A stretch of 27,084 nucleotides of DNA from positions 1 through 27,084 of the IMG/VR virus record IMGVR_UViG_3300034062_000705; one strand, 5' to 3'. Source of the DNA: a virus. Its lineage: Duplodnaviria; Caudoviricetes. The notes under the pieces were generated by a model, which was given only the letters and a program-made list of their open reading frames with translations, did no database searches and was not told where the DNA came from. Positions 1-8,544 of this stretch are shown here, piece after piece; the first letter of the stretch is position 1, and each line of letters starts with the position of its first letter. Made by a program: the position numbers and the translations under genes.

Positions 1-104
1 GTGTTCAGCACCATATGACGAATCAGGGACTCGTCGGTGTAGTCCAAGTCCCGTTGTGCAAACAGGGACGACATAATCACTTGGCTGTTGTCTACGAGAA
101 TCAT
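1..104 (-). CDS. rnh: T4-like RNase H / 5'-3' exonuclease, N-terminal fragment (runs off the window edge; not in ORF track)
   Basis: Reverse strand from ATG at 104 reads MILVDNSQVIMSSLFAQRDLDYTDESLIRHMVLN..., matching the MIL(V/I)D-x-SQ...LIRHMVLN N-terminus of T4-type RNase H. The start overlaps the upstream TGA (ATGA). Confidence 0.85.
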   Translation of the reverse strand, partial: MILVDNSQVIMSSLFAQRDLDYTDESLIRHMVLN

Positions 105-1195
105 AGTGTCTTTAGCAACAAGCAGTGCTTGTTGATCCTTCCTGTTGGAGCCGCAGTCTTGGTCTTGGCATCTTCAAGTGCCTTGAGTAGTCCTGCTGTT
201 TTCTTCAACCACTCTTCCCACTTACGCACAGTTTTTTCATATGACTTGGCGGTGTCCCATCCTGTAATGGTAGACCCCTTGACACTCAACCCTGCTTTGG
301 GTTCAGCGGCAATGAATACTGTAGCCTTGTGGTTCTTGGTGTTGAACACGAGCAGTCCTTGAGCACCAATAATACCACGAGGATCAACAGACTGCAAGCC
401 GCTCTCGCTCTTTTGGCAATACTTTAAACGCTTCACCAATTTTTCAGGGTTCACCTTGCGGGGCTTGCGTGGCTTACGGGTGGCACTCATGCCACCAATT
501 TTTGAATCCACAGCCGCCACCGCTTCGTTGAATATTTCAAGTAACCGCTTCTGTGCAGGTCTTTTCAAATATGAATACCCCTCAACCAGATCGGGATCAG
601 TCTTGGAGTACGCGGCTTGCATTTCCTGTGCAACAGTTTGCAGCCTTTCTTTGACAATGAGTGCCGTTGGGCGGGTCATGGTCTTGGAAGCGATCCACGG
701 GGCTATAGACGGCTTATACCGCTTGCTGCCAACCCCTGCGAACGCTTCGTCAATCAGGGGTTCTAGTTCCACAAGGGTGTCGTTAGCCTTGGCGCGAAGG
801 CGGTCTTGAATATTTGGAGCGTCCTCGTCCGCAGGTGCCGCTGCACGGGCTTCTGTCAACAGGTCAGTAATGTATTTTTGAATTGTCTCTGCCTGTTCAG
901 ATGTCCACTGGTAGCCACGAGACTCCATGCGGCAGTACGGGCACACCAAGCGTAGGGTTCCCTTGGACACACGAGACACCATTTTGGCATCGTCTTTGCG
1001 TCCCTTGCTCTTGAACCACTCGCTGATCCACTCCCGTGCATCAGATGGCGAGAAAGACTGTCTGTAGAAATACATGCCACGATCCAGTGCTTTGGCACGG
1101 ACTTCGTCGCTTGCAAAGTCTTCAGGAGTAAACAGCGGTTCGTCTCCGCCGTTCAGGATTCGCTGTACTCGTTCTTTGGATAGTTTCTTGCTCAT
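101..1195 (-). CDS. Conserved hypothetical protein of T4-like phages (about 364 aa, basic C-terminal domain)
   Basis: Long ORF coupled by ATGA overlaps to gp46 (start at 1195 rather than 1204) and to rnh. The C-terminal pattern (DPRGIIGA..LLVFNTK...GLSVKGSTI.G...GRINK..LLL) resembles a hypothetical I recall near rnh in environmental T4-like phages. Function unknown. Confidence 0.7.
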   Translation of the reverse strand: MSKKLSKERVQRILNGGDEPLFTPEDFASDEVRAKALDRGMYFYRQSFSPSDAREWISEWFKSKGRKDDAKMVSRVSKGTLRLVCPYCRMESRGYQWTSEQAETIQKYITDLLTEARAAAPADEDAPNIQDRLRAKANDTLVELEPLIDEAFAGVGSKRYKPSIAPWIASKTMTRPTALIVKERLQTVAQEMQAAYSKTDPDLVEGYSYLKRPAQKRLLEIFNEAVAAVDSKIGGMSATRKPRKPRKVNPEKLVKRLKYCQKSESGLQSVDPRGIIGAQGLLVFNTKNHKATVFIAAEPKAGLSVKGSTITGWDTAKSYEKTVRKWEEWLKKTAGLLKALEDAKTKTAAPTGRINKHCLLLKTL

Positions 1196-2910
1196 GGTGT
1201 GCATAGACGGCTAAAGTTGTTCACCTTCTTGAATGTAACTATGTTGGCAAATTTGTCAAGCAGTTGGTCAGATTTATGACTAATTACGAATACATTATTT
1301 GCTGCACCCATATTTTGGAGAATCTTTATCACTTCTTCTGTGCCTACTCCGTCCAAAGACGAATCAAATACTTCATCCAAAATAAGCAGATTGGTGTTGG
1401 CTGAATTCTTCATTTTGGCAATATCACGCCACGCCAACAGGAGCGACACATCTATTCGTAGTTTCTCGCCTTCACTAAAGTTTTCGTAGGAGAACTCGTC
1501 GCGGTGGCGGCTCTTGATGATTTCCACAAAGTCCTCGTTCAGCGTGAACTGTGCAAAGAAATCCATAGACACCAAGTACTTGTTGATAATTTTATTCAGG
1601 GCAGGAATGTACTTCTTGATAATCTTACGCTTGATGCCGCTGTCCTTGAGCAGCATGGTGGCAATCTCCATTGTGTGGAGGTCTTCCACTACACCCTTAC
1701 GCTCGTCTTCTTTTTCACTCTGTTGCTTGTGGATTTCTTCAAGGGCTGTACGCTCGGTAACAATACTATCACGCTCCGCAATCGTCTTTGTTTGCAGATC
1801 GCGTAACTGCTTGATGTACTTTTTAGACGCGGCAATAGCGGAATCAGTTTTAGCAACCTCTGTTTGTTTAGCACTCATTTTGTGAGACTCACTAACCAAT
1901 TCTTCTAATGCAGTCTTCTCCTTGGTTATCAAGTCTTCAAGTTTGGCAATAGCCGCTTCTAGTTCAGTCTGACGAGCCTGTTTCTTGGAAATCATGTCAT
2001 CGCGGAACGACTGGGGCAGATCGTGCTTGCACACAGGGCAGTCTTCGTTCTTGCGATAGAAATCACTTTCTTCCTGTGCCTTCTTGATTCCGCTGCTCAT
2101 TTGCTTTTTCAAAGCAGTATACTGATTTAAAGAGTCTCGCTTGGCTTCAATTGCAGCAGCGTCCGCAGTCATGGACGCAATGTCTGCTTGTAGGGCATCA
2201 CGCTTTTGTAGCAGCCCGTCCATCGCGGCTTGCTCTTCTGCTTCTTGTGCCCGATACGATTGGAGTTGAGAATCAGACTTCTGCTCAATTTTTGAGATCA
2301 AATCCTTCTTGTGCTCACTCTTGAGTTTCAGGGTGGATATTTCAGTCTCCACGCCTCTTAGAGTTTCCTTTGCGTCCTGTAGCCGCGACTTTAGTACATC
2401 GTTCATCTTGGAGAACACATCAATATCCAACAGGTTTTCCACGATGCCTCGGCGGTCGCCTGCGGGTAAACGCATGAACGGCACATAGTTGGTGGAACCC
2501 AAAATCACTACCTGACAAAAAGTCTTGTAGTTCATCTTGAGAACTTGGGATTCAAGAATTGCCTGATAGTCCTTGGCATTAGCAGTCTGTTCCACAGGCT
2601 TGCCGTTTAGTTCCATAGTGAATACTTTGGGAGCCAGCCCACGAGTCACTTTGTAAGAGTTGCCGTTCACATTAAATTCTATCTCTACAAGACAGTCCTT
2701 GCCGTTAATGGAATTTACAAGTTGTGGCAGGTTGACACCACGATACGGCTTTCCGTACAGCACAAAGGTCAAAGCATCCAACAGGGTGGTTTTGCCTGCA
2801 CCGTTTTCACCACAGATCAGCGTGGTTGGATGCTTGTCCAACTTTACCTCTGTGAAAGTGTTGCCTGTGCTTAACAGGTTCTTCCATCGAATTTTAGTGA
2901 ACTGAATCAT
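1192..2910 (-). CDS. gp46: Recombination endonuclease subunit, SMC/Rad50-like ATPase
   Basis: Walker A GENGAGKT, long coiled coil with CPVC zinc hook, signature FSEGEK, Walker B LLILDEVFD, H-loop ISH; directly follows gp47. Confidence 0.96.
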   Translation of the reverse strand: MIQFTKIRWKNLLSTGNTFTEVKLDKHPTTLICGENGAGKTTLLDALTFVLYGKPYRGVNLPQLVNSINGKDCLVEIEFNVNGNSYKVTRGLAPKVFTMELNGKPVEQTANAKDYQAILESQVLKMNYKTFCQVVILGSTNYVPFMRLPAGDRRGIVENLLDIDVFSKMNDVLKSRLQDAKETLRGVETEISTLKLKSEHKKDLISKIEQKSDSQLQSYRAQEAEEQAAMDGLLQKRDALQADIASMTADAAAIEAKRDSLNQYTALKKQMSSGIKKAQEESDFYRKNEDCPVCKHDLPQSFRDDMISKKQARQTELEAAIAKLEDLITKEKTALEELVSESHKMSAKQTEVAKTDSAIAASKKYIKQLRDLQTKTIAERDSIVTERTALEEIHKQQSEKEDERKGVVEDLHTMEIATMLLKDSGIKRKIIKKYIPALNKIINKYLVSMDFFAQFTLNEDFVEIIKSRHRDEFSYENFSEGEKLRIDVSLLLAWRDIAKMKNSANTNLLILDEVFDSSLDGVGTEEVIKILQNMGAANNVFVISHKSDQLLDKFANIVTFKKVNNFSRLCTP

Positions 2911-3968
2911 TGCTGTTTAGTGTTTTCCAGTGCTTGTGTTTCGGTATACAATTCACGCAGCAGAGTCTTGAGACGAGAGGTGTCCACATTCTGTAGACCG
3001 TCAATCTCACGATTTATAATCGTAATAGTGTCCTCTGTCAAGTCCACCTTTTCTTCTTCAGCCGTTGACGGTGCCAAGTCTTCAATAATCGTAACTGTAT
3101 GTGGCTGATGTGCGTATAGGGAGTCAACGAATTTCTCAAACAGATACGGCTTGGTCTTGGTTTCCACAACTACCCGAACATATTTGCTTTTGACTCGTGC
3201 TTCTTCCACTTGGATAGGAGTGGCAGGATCGGCATCGGTGTCGTTGTATCGTAGTTGTGTAAAGATGGTATACGGATTAGGAATAAACTCCAAGTCGCCC
3301 GTATCGGTGTCTAGTACATGGAATCCCTTTTTGTCACCGTAATCGTTCATAGTGATCTGATACGGGCATCCCAAATAATGAACATTTCCACGGCTGTGAC
3401 GAGTATGAAAGTGTCCTGTGTATACTGCGGAGTATCGCTTAAACAGATCAGAACTCATGCCTCCCGAAAACGGAGTGTTACGCAATACCTGATAGCCGTC
3501 TAGTTCCAAATGCCCACACAAAATATCTGTGGGTGCAGTTTTGATGAAATCCAATGCTTCGGCTTCGTTTTCCTTGTTGATCCACGGCAACAAGGCTAGC
3601 GGTCGGCGGTCAAATTCCACAACCTGTGGCTTTTCGTATACCACGAACCGATCTGAAAACAGTTCCCGTAGAGAATTTACGCTGCTAGTGTTCTTGTAAA
3701 AAATATCGTGATTGCCAAGAAGTACATGGAATTCCGCACCCGTCTTTTCTAATCGCTTCACAAAGCCTTCGCGCACCGCATTCAGGGTTGAGAAGTTCAC
3801 AAACTTGCGACGATCCAAAAAGTCGCCAAGGTGCAGAATAGCAGACGGCTGATGCGTTTCCACCCACGGGAAAAACACGCGGTCAAAAAACCGCATGAAG
3901 TGCTCCATGAATACAGGAGAATCGTTTCGTGCCCCAAAATGGGTATCAGTAATAATTGGCAGTTTCAC
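2907..3968 (-). CDS. gp47: Recombination endonuclease subunit, Mre11/SbcD-like metallophosphoesterase
   Basis: Motifs DTHFG, GDFLD, GNHD, GHLE and GHFH; lies between gp55 and gp46. Confidence 0.96.
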   Translation of the reverse strand: MKLPIITDTHFGARNDSPVFMEHFMRFFDRVFFPWVETHQPSAILHLGDFLDRRKFVNFSTLNAVREGFVKRLEKTGAEFHVLLGNHDIFYKNTSSVNSLRELFSDRFVVYEKPQVVEFDRRPLALLPWINKENEAEALDFIKTAPTDILCGHLELDGYQVLRNTPFSGGMSSDLFKRYSAVYTGHFHTRHSRGNVHYLGCPYQITMNDYGDKKGFHVLDTDTGDLEFIPNPYTIFTQLRYNDTDADPATPIQVEEARVKSKYVRVVVETKTKPYLFEKFVDSLYAHQPHTVTIIEDLAPSTAEEEKVDLTEDTITIINREIDGLQNVDTSRLKTLLRELYTETQALENTKQQ

Positions 3969-4507
3969 TTCTTGCCTTTAACCTTTTTCTTTTTCTTGGG
4001 CTTCTCTGCTGCTGCCTCTGGTTCTTTCTTCTTTTCAAAATTCTGAATGTCTGTTTCAGTCAGCACCGAAGGCTTGTTTTCTTCACCGCCCAAGTAGTTT
4101 TCGCGGAACCACTTCTTTAAAGTGGAATCCACATCTGAATTTTCTATCTTCTTGAGTTTAATATACGCTTGCTTCTTTTCCTTGGATATTCGTCGGAGGA
4201 AAGCGTAGTAAATGATCTGTGTAAAATACGAGAACGGATTCTTGGACTTGCGTGGATTGAAATTATATGCGTACAGCAGACAATTTTCAATTCCGTCCGA
4301 GATCATCTCGTCACGATACGGATAGTTTATAAAATTAGGCTTGCGAGACAACCGATCAGCGATTGCCATGAAGCACTCGCCAATATAAGAAGTGACGGGC
4401 GGGTGAGGCTTGCCTTCCTTGTTGGCGGCATTCACAAGAGTCTTCCACGCCTTCATCTCTTCAAAAAATCGTTTGTTGTCAATATAGTGATCGGTTTTCT
4501 TGCCCAT
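3965..4507 (-). CDS. gp55: Late-transcription sigma factor
   Basis: HYIDNK.F, YIGECF..IA..LS.KPNF.NY.YRDEMISDGIENC, FNP.KSKNPFSYFTQI.YYAFLRRI.KEKKQ are the hallmark gp55 motifs. SD AAAGGA upstream. Confidence 0.96.
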   Translation of the reverse strand: MGKKTDHYIDNKRFFEEMKAWKTLVNAANKEGKPHPPVTSYIGECFMAIADRLSRKPNFINYPYRDEMISDGIENCLLYAYNFNPRKSKNPFSYFTQIIYYAFLRRISKEKKQAYIKLKKIENSDVDSTLKKWFRENYLGGEENKPSVLTETDIQNFEKKKEPEAAAEKPKKKKKVKGKK

Positions 4508-4525
4508 AATGTCCTTTCATGGCGA

Positions 4526-4553
4526 ATAGTATCACACACTCACGGTTTGTCAA
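4526..4553 (-). promoter_or_regulatory. Sigma70-type promoter for gp55-47-46 (TTGACA-N16-TACTAT, with TGn extended -10)
   Basis: Minus strand reads GCTTGACA AACCGTGAGTGTGTGA TACTAT in the gap upstream of gp55; the -35 overlaps the TGA stop of the upstream gene. Confidence 0.7.
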
Positions 4554-5392
4554 GCACCGTCTTGCTGGTTTTCTCCAGTAAGACCTGCAACATAATCTTT
4601 CAAAAATGGCGACCAGTCATCAATCTTGTTGCCGTAGTCGGAACTCTTTGAGCGGTCATCCGTAGGCGGCTTCCACTCGCTTTTGTTTTTGGACGGCTTT
4701 TGCTTCTTTGGGGCAACAGGCTTCTTTTTCTTGGGCTTCATCATGGGGTCCATCATTTCAATGTCCATGAAGTCTTCCATGCACTCTTTCATGTAATCCA
4801 TTATTCCGTTTTCAATCCACTCGTTCAGAATATCGTTTGGAATTGAAAAACTAAACAAGATGCCATTTTGTCGTGGCGGGAACAGAGAAGGAAACGGAGG
4901 CAGTTTGCTTTTGTCTTTTGGTGGCTTGGGCGCGTTTGCGTCTTCTGGAAAATGTGTCTTTGTCTCTTCGTCTAGTTTGGGTATGCCCATAGACTCTAAC
5001 AGAGAATCAAGTTTCTTTAATTCTTCTTCTGTTGGCGGTGGGATAACAGGATCAACATCTGGTTCAATTCCACCTGTTCCGCTAGCCTTGAATTGGTCTT
5101 GTGCGTCTGATTGGGTGGAATATAGCCTTTCCATATCAGGATCAGGGGTCAGTTCCAACAACACAAACGCTCGTGGGATATCCACCTGTAATTCCACAGC
5201 ACCCCCAAGCCAATCAGTGAAATATAGCACACTTTTCTTCACACCAGTAAACGGATCAGCCACCACAGAGTAATTGATTCGCATGGGGCGTTCCAGTGTG
5301 AATTTGCCGCGAGGACGGGCAGCAATCTTGGCAATGATTTCTTCACCGCTACGCAGTTTAAACACTCGGAGTTTTGACTTCTTGCCTCTCAT
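4550..5392 (-). CDS. Hypothetical protein with N-terminal Sm-like beta-barrel and long low-complexity C-terminal half
   Basis: The N-terminus LRVFKLRSGEEIIAKI...TLERPM is typical of the Sm-like ORF found between uvsW and gp55 in T4-like phages. SD GGAGGT lies in the end of uvsW; ATGA overlap. Confidence 0.65.
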   Translation of the reverse strand: MRGKKSKLRVFKLRSGEEIIAKIAARPRGKFTLERPMRINYSVVADPFTGVKKSVLYFTDWLGGAVELQVDIPRAFVLLELTPDPDMERLYSTQSDAQDQFKASGTGGIEPDVDPVIPPPTEEELKKLDSLLESMGIPKLDEETKTHFPEDANAPKPPKDKSKLPPFPSLFPPRQNGILFSFSIPNDILNEWIENGIMDYMKECMEDFMDIEMMDPMMKPKKKKPVAPKKQKPSKNKSEWKPPTDDRSKSSDYGNKIDDWSPFLKDYVAGLTGENQQDGA

Positions 5393-6894
5393 GTCTGTTT
5401 ACCTCCTATGTCTATCTTGACTACCTTATGCGTAAACCCTTCTGATTCGTAAATCTTCAAACGCTCGCCCATGTGTCGCATTGTGTGATTTATCCACGAT
5501 TTCCAAGAAAGGTCATCCCCGATATCAAATAGTCTAGCAGTGGACTTGTGTTCGGAGACTCGTAACTGCCTACCAATGCTCTGCAATACTCGTATTCGGG
5601 ACTTTGAGGGAGAAGCAAACACAATATTGTTGAGTCTGCGTATGGAGATGCCTGTGCTGAATGTTCCATAGGATGCGACGATTACTGCGTCTGACTCCTG
5701 TTCCACAATCTTGCGTATCTCTTCTCGCTCGCCCGCTTCAGTTCCTCCGTATACAAAGAAAACTTTACGAGTGGAGCCTACACGCTCGCTCACTAACTTA
5801 TGTAGTTCTGCACCGTGTCCTTCAACGAATTGAAATAATACAAGTGTGTTGCCTTTTAATCGCTGACACATATCTGCAATAAAAGCATTGCGCCTTGGTG
5901 ACGAAATGATCCACTTGATCTCGTCTTGGTATTTTGCTTTCTTGACTGCTTGACGATCTTCAAGCGGATAGTTCAGAACAAGACAATCAATTTTCAGATC
6001 GCTCAGGATTTTCTTGTCCATGAGTTCTTTGGTTTTGGTGACTTCGTATGCACGACCAAACAGCCCCTCAAGCACAAGGCGATGGGTCTGTGTACCGTCT
6101 AGTGTGCCTGTGGTGCCTACACGGAACGGGCAAGTCTTTAATTTGGTCATAATAGAAGTAAGAGACTTGGCTTTGAACAGGTGAGCCTCGTCACCAATCA
6201 CCGCACCAAACTGCGAGAAATACTTTTCAGGCTGCTTGAACACACTTTGCCATGTAGAAATCACCACACGCTTGTCTGTGGTTTTGCTTGCGCCTGCAAG
6301 AATCTTGTGGCAGTTTTCCCATACTTTCCACCCGTTGTCGTGCGAATAATCAACAAAATCAGAGTACATCTGTTCCACGAGCGAAACTGTTGGAACAATA
6401 ATCAGCACTTTCTTGCCTTTTGGAATCTTGTCCAAATAGTAGCGGATAAGTGAATAGATGATTAGGCTCTTGCCACTGCCTGTAGGAGACAGCAGCAGGC
6501 ACCGTTCTTTTTCAATAGCGTGTTGTACTGCATTTATTTGGTGATCGTGAGCCTTTGCTTTTTCTTCATTCACACATACCTGTAAGAAATCCTCTATGAA
6601 TTTTCTTACAGCATCAGGAGTGGTTTTTACCTGATTGGTTGTGGGCATAGTGATGGAGTAACCACGCTCTGCCGCAAATTTTTCAATGTAATCAGACAGC
6701 CCGCCGTATATCTGCTGATTGTGGATATTGTACAGGCGAATCTCGCCATTCCACATCTTACTGCGATACGCAGGCATAAACTTGTATCCAGGAACCTTGA
6801 ATGTGAAATAGTCTGCCAATTCTTTGGCAACACCGCGTTCGCATTGAACGCGAAGCCATACAGAATCAACAATACTCACATCAAGATCAATCAT
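5389..6894 (-). CDS. uvsW: SF2 DNA helicase UvsW
   Basis: Walker A SPTGSGKS, DEAH, motif VI QSIGRQLR, N-terminal FTF.VPGYKFMP.YR...W.G.IRL; typical position. Confidence 0.95.
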   Translation of the reverse strand: MIDLDVSIVDSVWLRVQCERGVAKELADYFTFKVPGYKFMPAYRSKMWNGEIRLYNIHNQQIYGGLSDYIEKFAAERGYSITMPTTNQVKTTPDAVRKFIEDFLQVCVNEEKAKAHDHQINAVQHAIEKERCLLLSPTGSGKSLIIYSLIRYYLDKIPKGKKVLIIVPTVSLVEQMYSDFVDYSHDNGWKVWENCHKILAGASKTTDKRVVISTWQSVFKQPEKYFSQFGAVIGDEAHLFKAKSLTSIMTKLKTCPFRVGTTGTLDGTQTHRLVLEGLFGRAYEVTKTKELMDKKILSDLKIDCLVLNYPLEDRQAVKKAKYQDEIKWIISSPRRNAFIADMCQRLKGNTLVLFQFVEGHGAELHKLVSERVGSTRKVFFVYGGTEAGEREEIRKIVEQESDAVIVASYGTFSTGISIRRLNNIVFASPSKSRIRVLQSIGRQLRVSEHKSTARLFDIGDDLSWKSWINHTMRHMGERLKIYESEGFTHKVVKIDIGGKQT

Positions 6895-7439
6895 TATTTC
6901 AATACTTCTGCTGTTAGCGTTTCTCCGCTGAAGCGGATGCTTTCTTTACTGCCTAGATCGCCACTCCATCCCACAAGGTCTATGCCAGAGTCACGCATCA
7001 TTTGCAGCCCTGCACGAACAGACGGCTCCCACTTGGGAGCGGTTCGCTCGACCAGTCTGCGTAGAGTTACAACTCGTCGTATACCAAATTCCACAATGGC
7101 ACGAGAGCACTCTGCACACGCTGCCCATGTGCAGTACAGGTGGAGTCCGTCTGTTGGCAATTTGTTTTGCAAGGCTTTGAAAATCACGGAACGCTCGGCG
7201 TGTTCTGTGCAGTAATTCTTGGATTCTACTGCTAGGTTGTCGCCTGTTAGCCGAACTCGTTGTGGAATCTTGTTCCAAGAAGACAAAACTATGCCTGTAC
7301 CCCCTGAAAGCACAAGAGCAGCACCCACCTGTGTGCGTGGATCTGTGGAATGCTTGGCAGCAACCCCCCACACATCCTGTAGGTACATGCGGTCAATCCA
7401 CCAATTGCTCATGTCTTCACGAAGCAGATTACTGTCCAT
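6894..7439 (-). CDS. dCMP deaminase-like zinc-dependent cytidine deaminase family protein
   Basis: S-x-DP-x-TQVGA, HAE (TEHAERS), LYCT and CxxC (ACAECSRAIV), GI.RVV. The likely start is the ATG at 7439 (MDSNLL) overlapping the end of uvsY; the ORF-track start at 7466 is non-ATG. Confidence 0.8.
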   Translation of the reverse strand: MDSNLLREDMSNWWIDRMYLQDVWGVAAKHSTDPRTQVGAALVLSGGTGIVLSSWNKIPQRVRLTGDNLAVESKNYCTEHAERSVIFKALQNKLPTDGLHLYCTWAACAECSRAIVEFGIRRVVTLRRLVERTAPKWEPSVRAGLQMMRDSGIDLVGWSGDLGSKESIRFSGETLTAEVLK

Positions 7440-7863
7440 TAACAAACTTTCTCCACTCAATAGCATTACGAATCTTCCAATGGCGATTGTTCAACTCCTT
7501 GACAATTTCTTCAAGTAGTCCAATCTTTTCCTTTTGGTAGTACACCTTTTGCCGCGTCTTGACAATATCAGGGTCAGCGTTCAGGTACATATCCAAATCG
7601 TTGCGGAGAATCTTTAGAGCGAACGGCTCCCATCCTCGCTTCTGCAATTCTTCTTCACTCATCTTACCCGTGTAGTACTCCCACTTGTCACGAAGAGCCA
7701 CAGCCACATCGTTTTCGTAACGAGCCAAACATAGCCGCTCTTCCATTAGGAAGTTCAGGTACTTATTGTGGAGTTGAGGAATGCGTAGCGACTCGGCATC
7801 CAACGCCGAATCGTCAATACGGGTGTCCCGTTCCAACTCCTTGCGAATGTCGTCTAGGGTCAT
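7429..7863 (-). CDS. uvsY: Recombination mediator UvsY
   Basis: MTLDDI...D..ID...LD.ESLRIPQLH.KYL...KWEYY.GK...YL.AD...IRNAIEWRKF..G pattern. True start is the ATG at 7863 with SD GGAG; the ORF-track extension to 8001 overlaps gp3 and a promoter. Confidence 0.9.
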   Translation of the reverse strand: MTLDDIRKELERDTRIDDSALDAESLRIPQLHNKYLNFLMEERLCLARYENDVAVALRDKWEYYTGKMSEEELQKRGWEPFALKILRNDLDMYLNADPDIVKTRQKVYYQKEKIGLLEEIVKELNNRHWKIRNAIEWRKFVNGQ

Positions 7864-7883
7864 AAACAAATCTCCATCGGAGG

Positions 7884-7911
7884 AGTATACACGCGATTCA
7901 ATAGATGTCAA
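7884..7911 (-). promoter_or_regulatory. Sigma70-type promoter for uvsY-deaminase-uvsW (TTGACA-N16-TATACT)
   Basis: Minus strand reads GCTTGACA TCTATTGAATCGCGTG TATACT in the gp3-uvsY gap, 20 nt upstream of the uvsY ATG. Confidence 0.75.
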
Positions 7912-7933
7912 GCGGGAATGTTTATCTAAAATA

Positions 7934-8467
7934 TTAGAGAACCTGTATATCAAAACTGCGATACTTGAAAGTACAGTTTGCAATAAACGGCTCGGGGTCA
8001 ATTACAGTTGAACTAAAATCAACGGAAGACAGTATGCGTGGATAGATGTCGTGAAAGGTTATGTTCAGTTTAGGGTTCTTTGTAGAATTCAGGATCACAA
8101 GGTTGGCTGTGGTTACATGAGTATTTGACGGCTTGAACTCTTGATAGTCTTCCACATTTGTCATTGACCGTAGCCAATTGAATATTTCAAGGTAGTTGCC
8201 CATGTTTTCGTCAATCACAAATCCTAGATTGAGTTCATCAAAATCTAGTTTGGACGGGCGGGATATCTGCTGAAACGGAGTGGGCATTATGACTTCGCTC
8301 ATGGTCACGGTGGGTAGTGACACACTTTGGCAGAAATACGAAACCTTTGGCAGTTTGGCGATGCTGAACCGATAGTAGGTGGGTAGCAGCGGATTCATGT
8401 ATTGAGGGTATCGGGACAGAATCCCTGCCTCAATTTCTGAAAGATTGAATGGTTCGCCTTTAGCCAT
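7934..8467 (-). CDS. gp3: Tail tube terminator / tail completion protein
   Basis: NPL.PT.YRFSI.KLP.VSYFCQSVSLP, L.F.EL.L.F.IDENM.NY.EI.NWL, F.DIYP..LS.VDF, CTFKY; follows gp23 as in cyanophage-type T4s. Confidence 0.88.
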   Translation of the reverse strand: MAKGEPFNLSEIEAGILSRYPQYMNPLLPTYYRFSIAKLPKVSYFCQSVSLPTVTMSEVIMPTPFQQISRPSKLDFDELNLGFVIDENMGNYLEIFNWLRSMTNVEDYQEFKPSNTHVTTANLVILNSTKNPKLNITFHDIYPRILSSVDFSSTVIDPEPFIANCTFKYRSFDIQVL

Positions 8468-8474
8468 GTGCTAG

Positions 8475-8482
8475 TATTTAGA
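8475..8482 (-). promoter_or_regulatory. gp55-type late promoter box (TCTAAATA) for gp3
   Basis: One mismatch to T4 TATAAATA, placed just after the gp23 terminator and 7 nt before the gp3 ATG. Confidence 0.7.
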
Positions 8483-8486
8483 CACC

Positions 8487-8521
8487 AAAAGAAAAGGGGG
8501 AGAGGTTTGAGCCTCTCCCCC
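8487..8521 (-). terminator. Rho-independent terminator after gp23
   Basis: Minus strand GGGGGAGAGG-CTCAAA-CCTCTCCCCC forms a perfect 10-bp stem, followed by TTTTCTTTT. Confidence 0.92.
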
Positions 8522-8544
8522 AAGTCTTTAGTTTACTTCAACTA

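Noticed and set aside
7864-8001. N-terminal extension of UvsY in the ORF track
   Set aside because: It overlaps gp3 and spans a sigma70 promoter; the ATG at 7863 has an SD and gives a normal-length UvsY.
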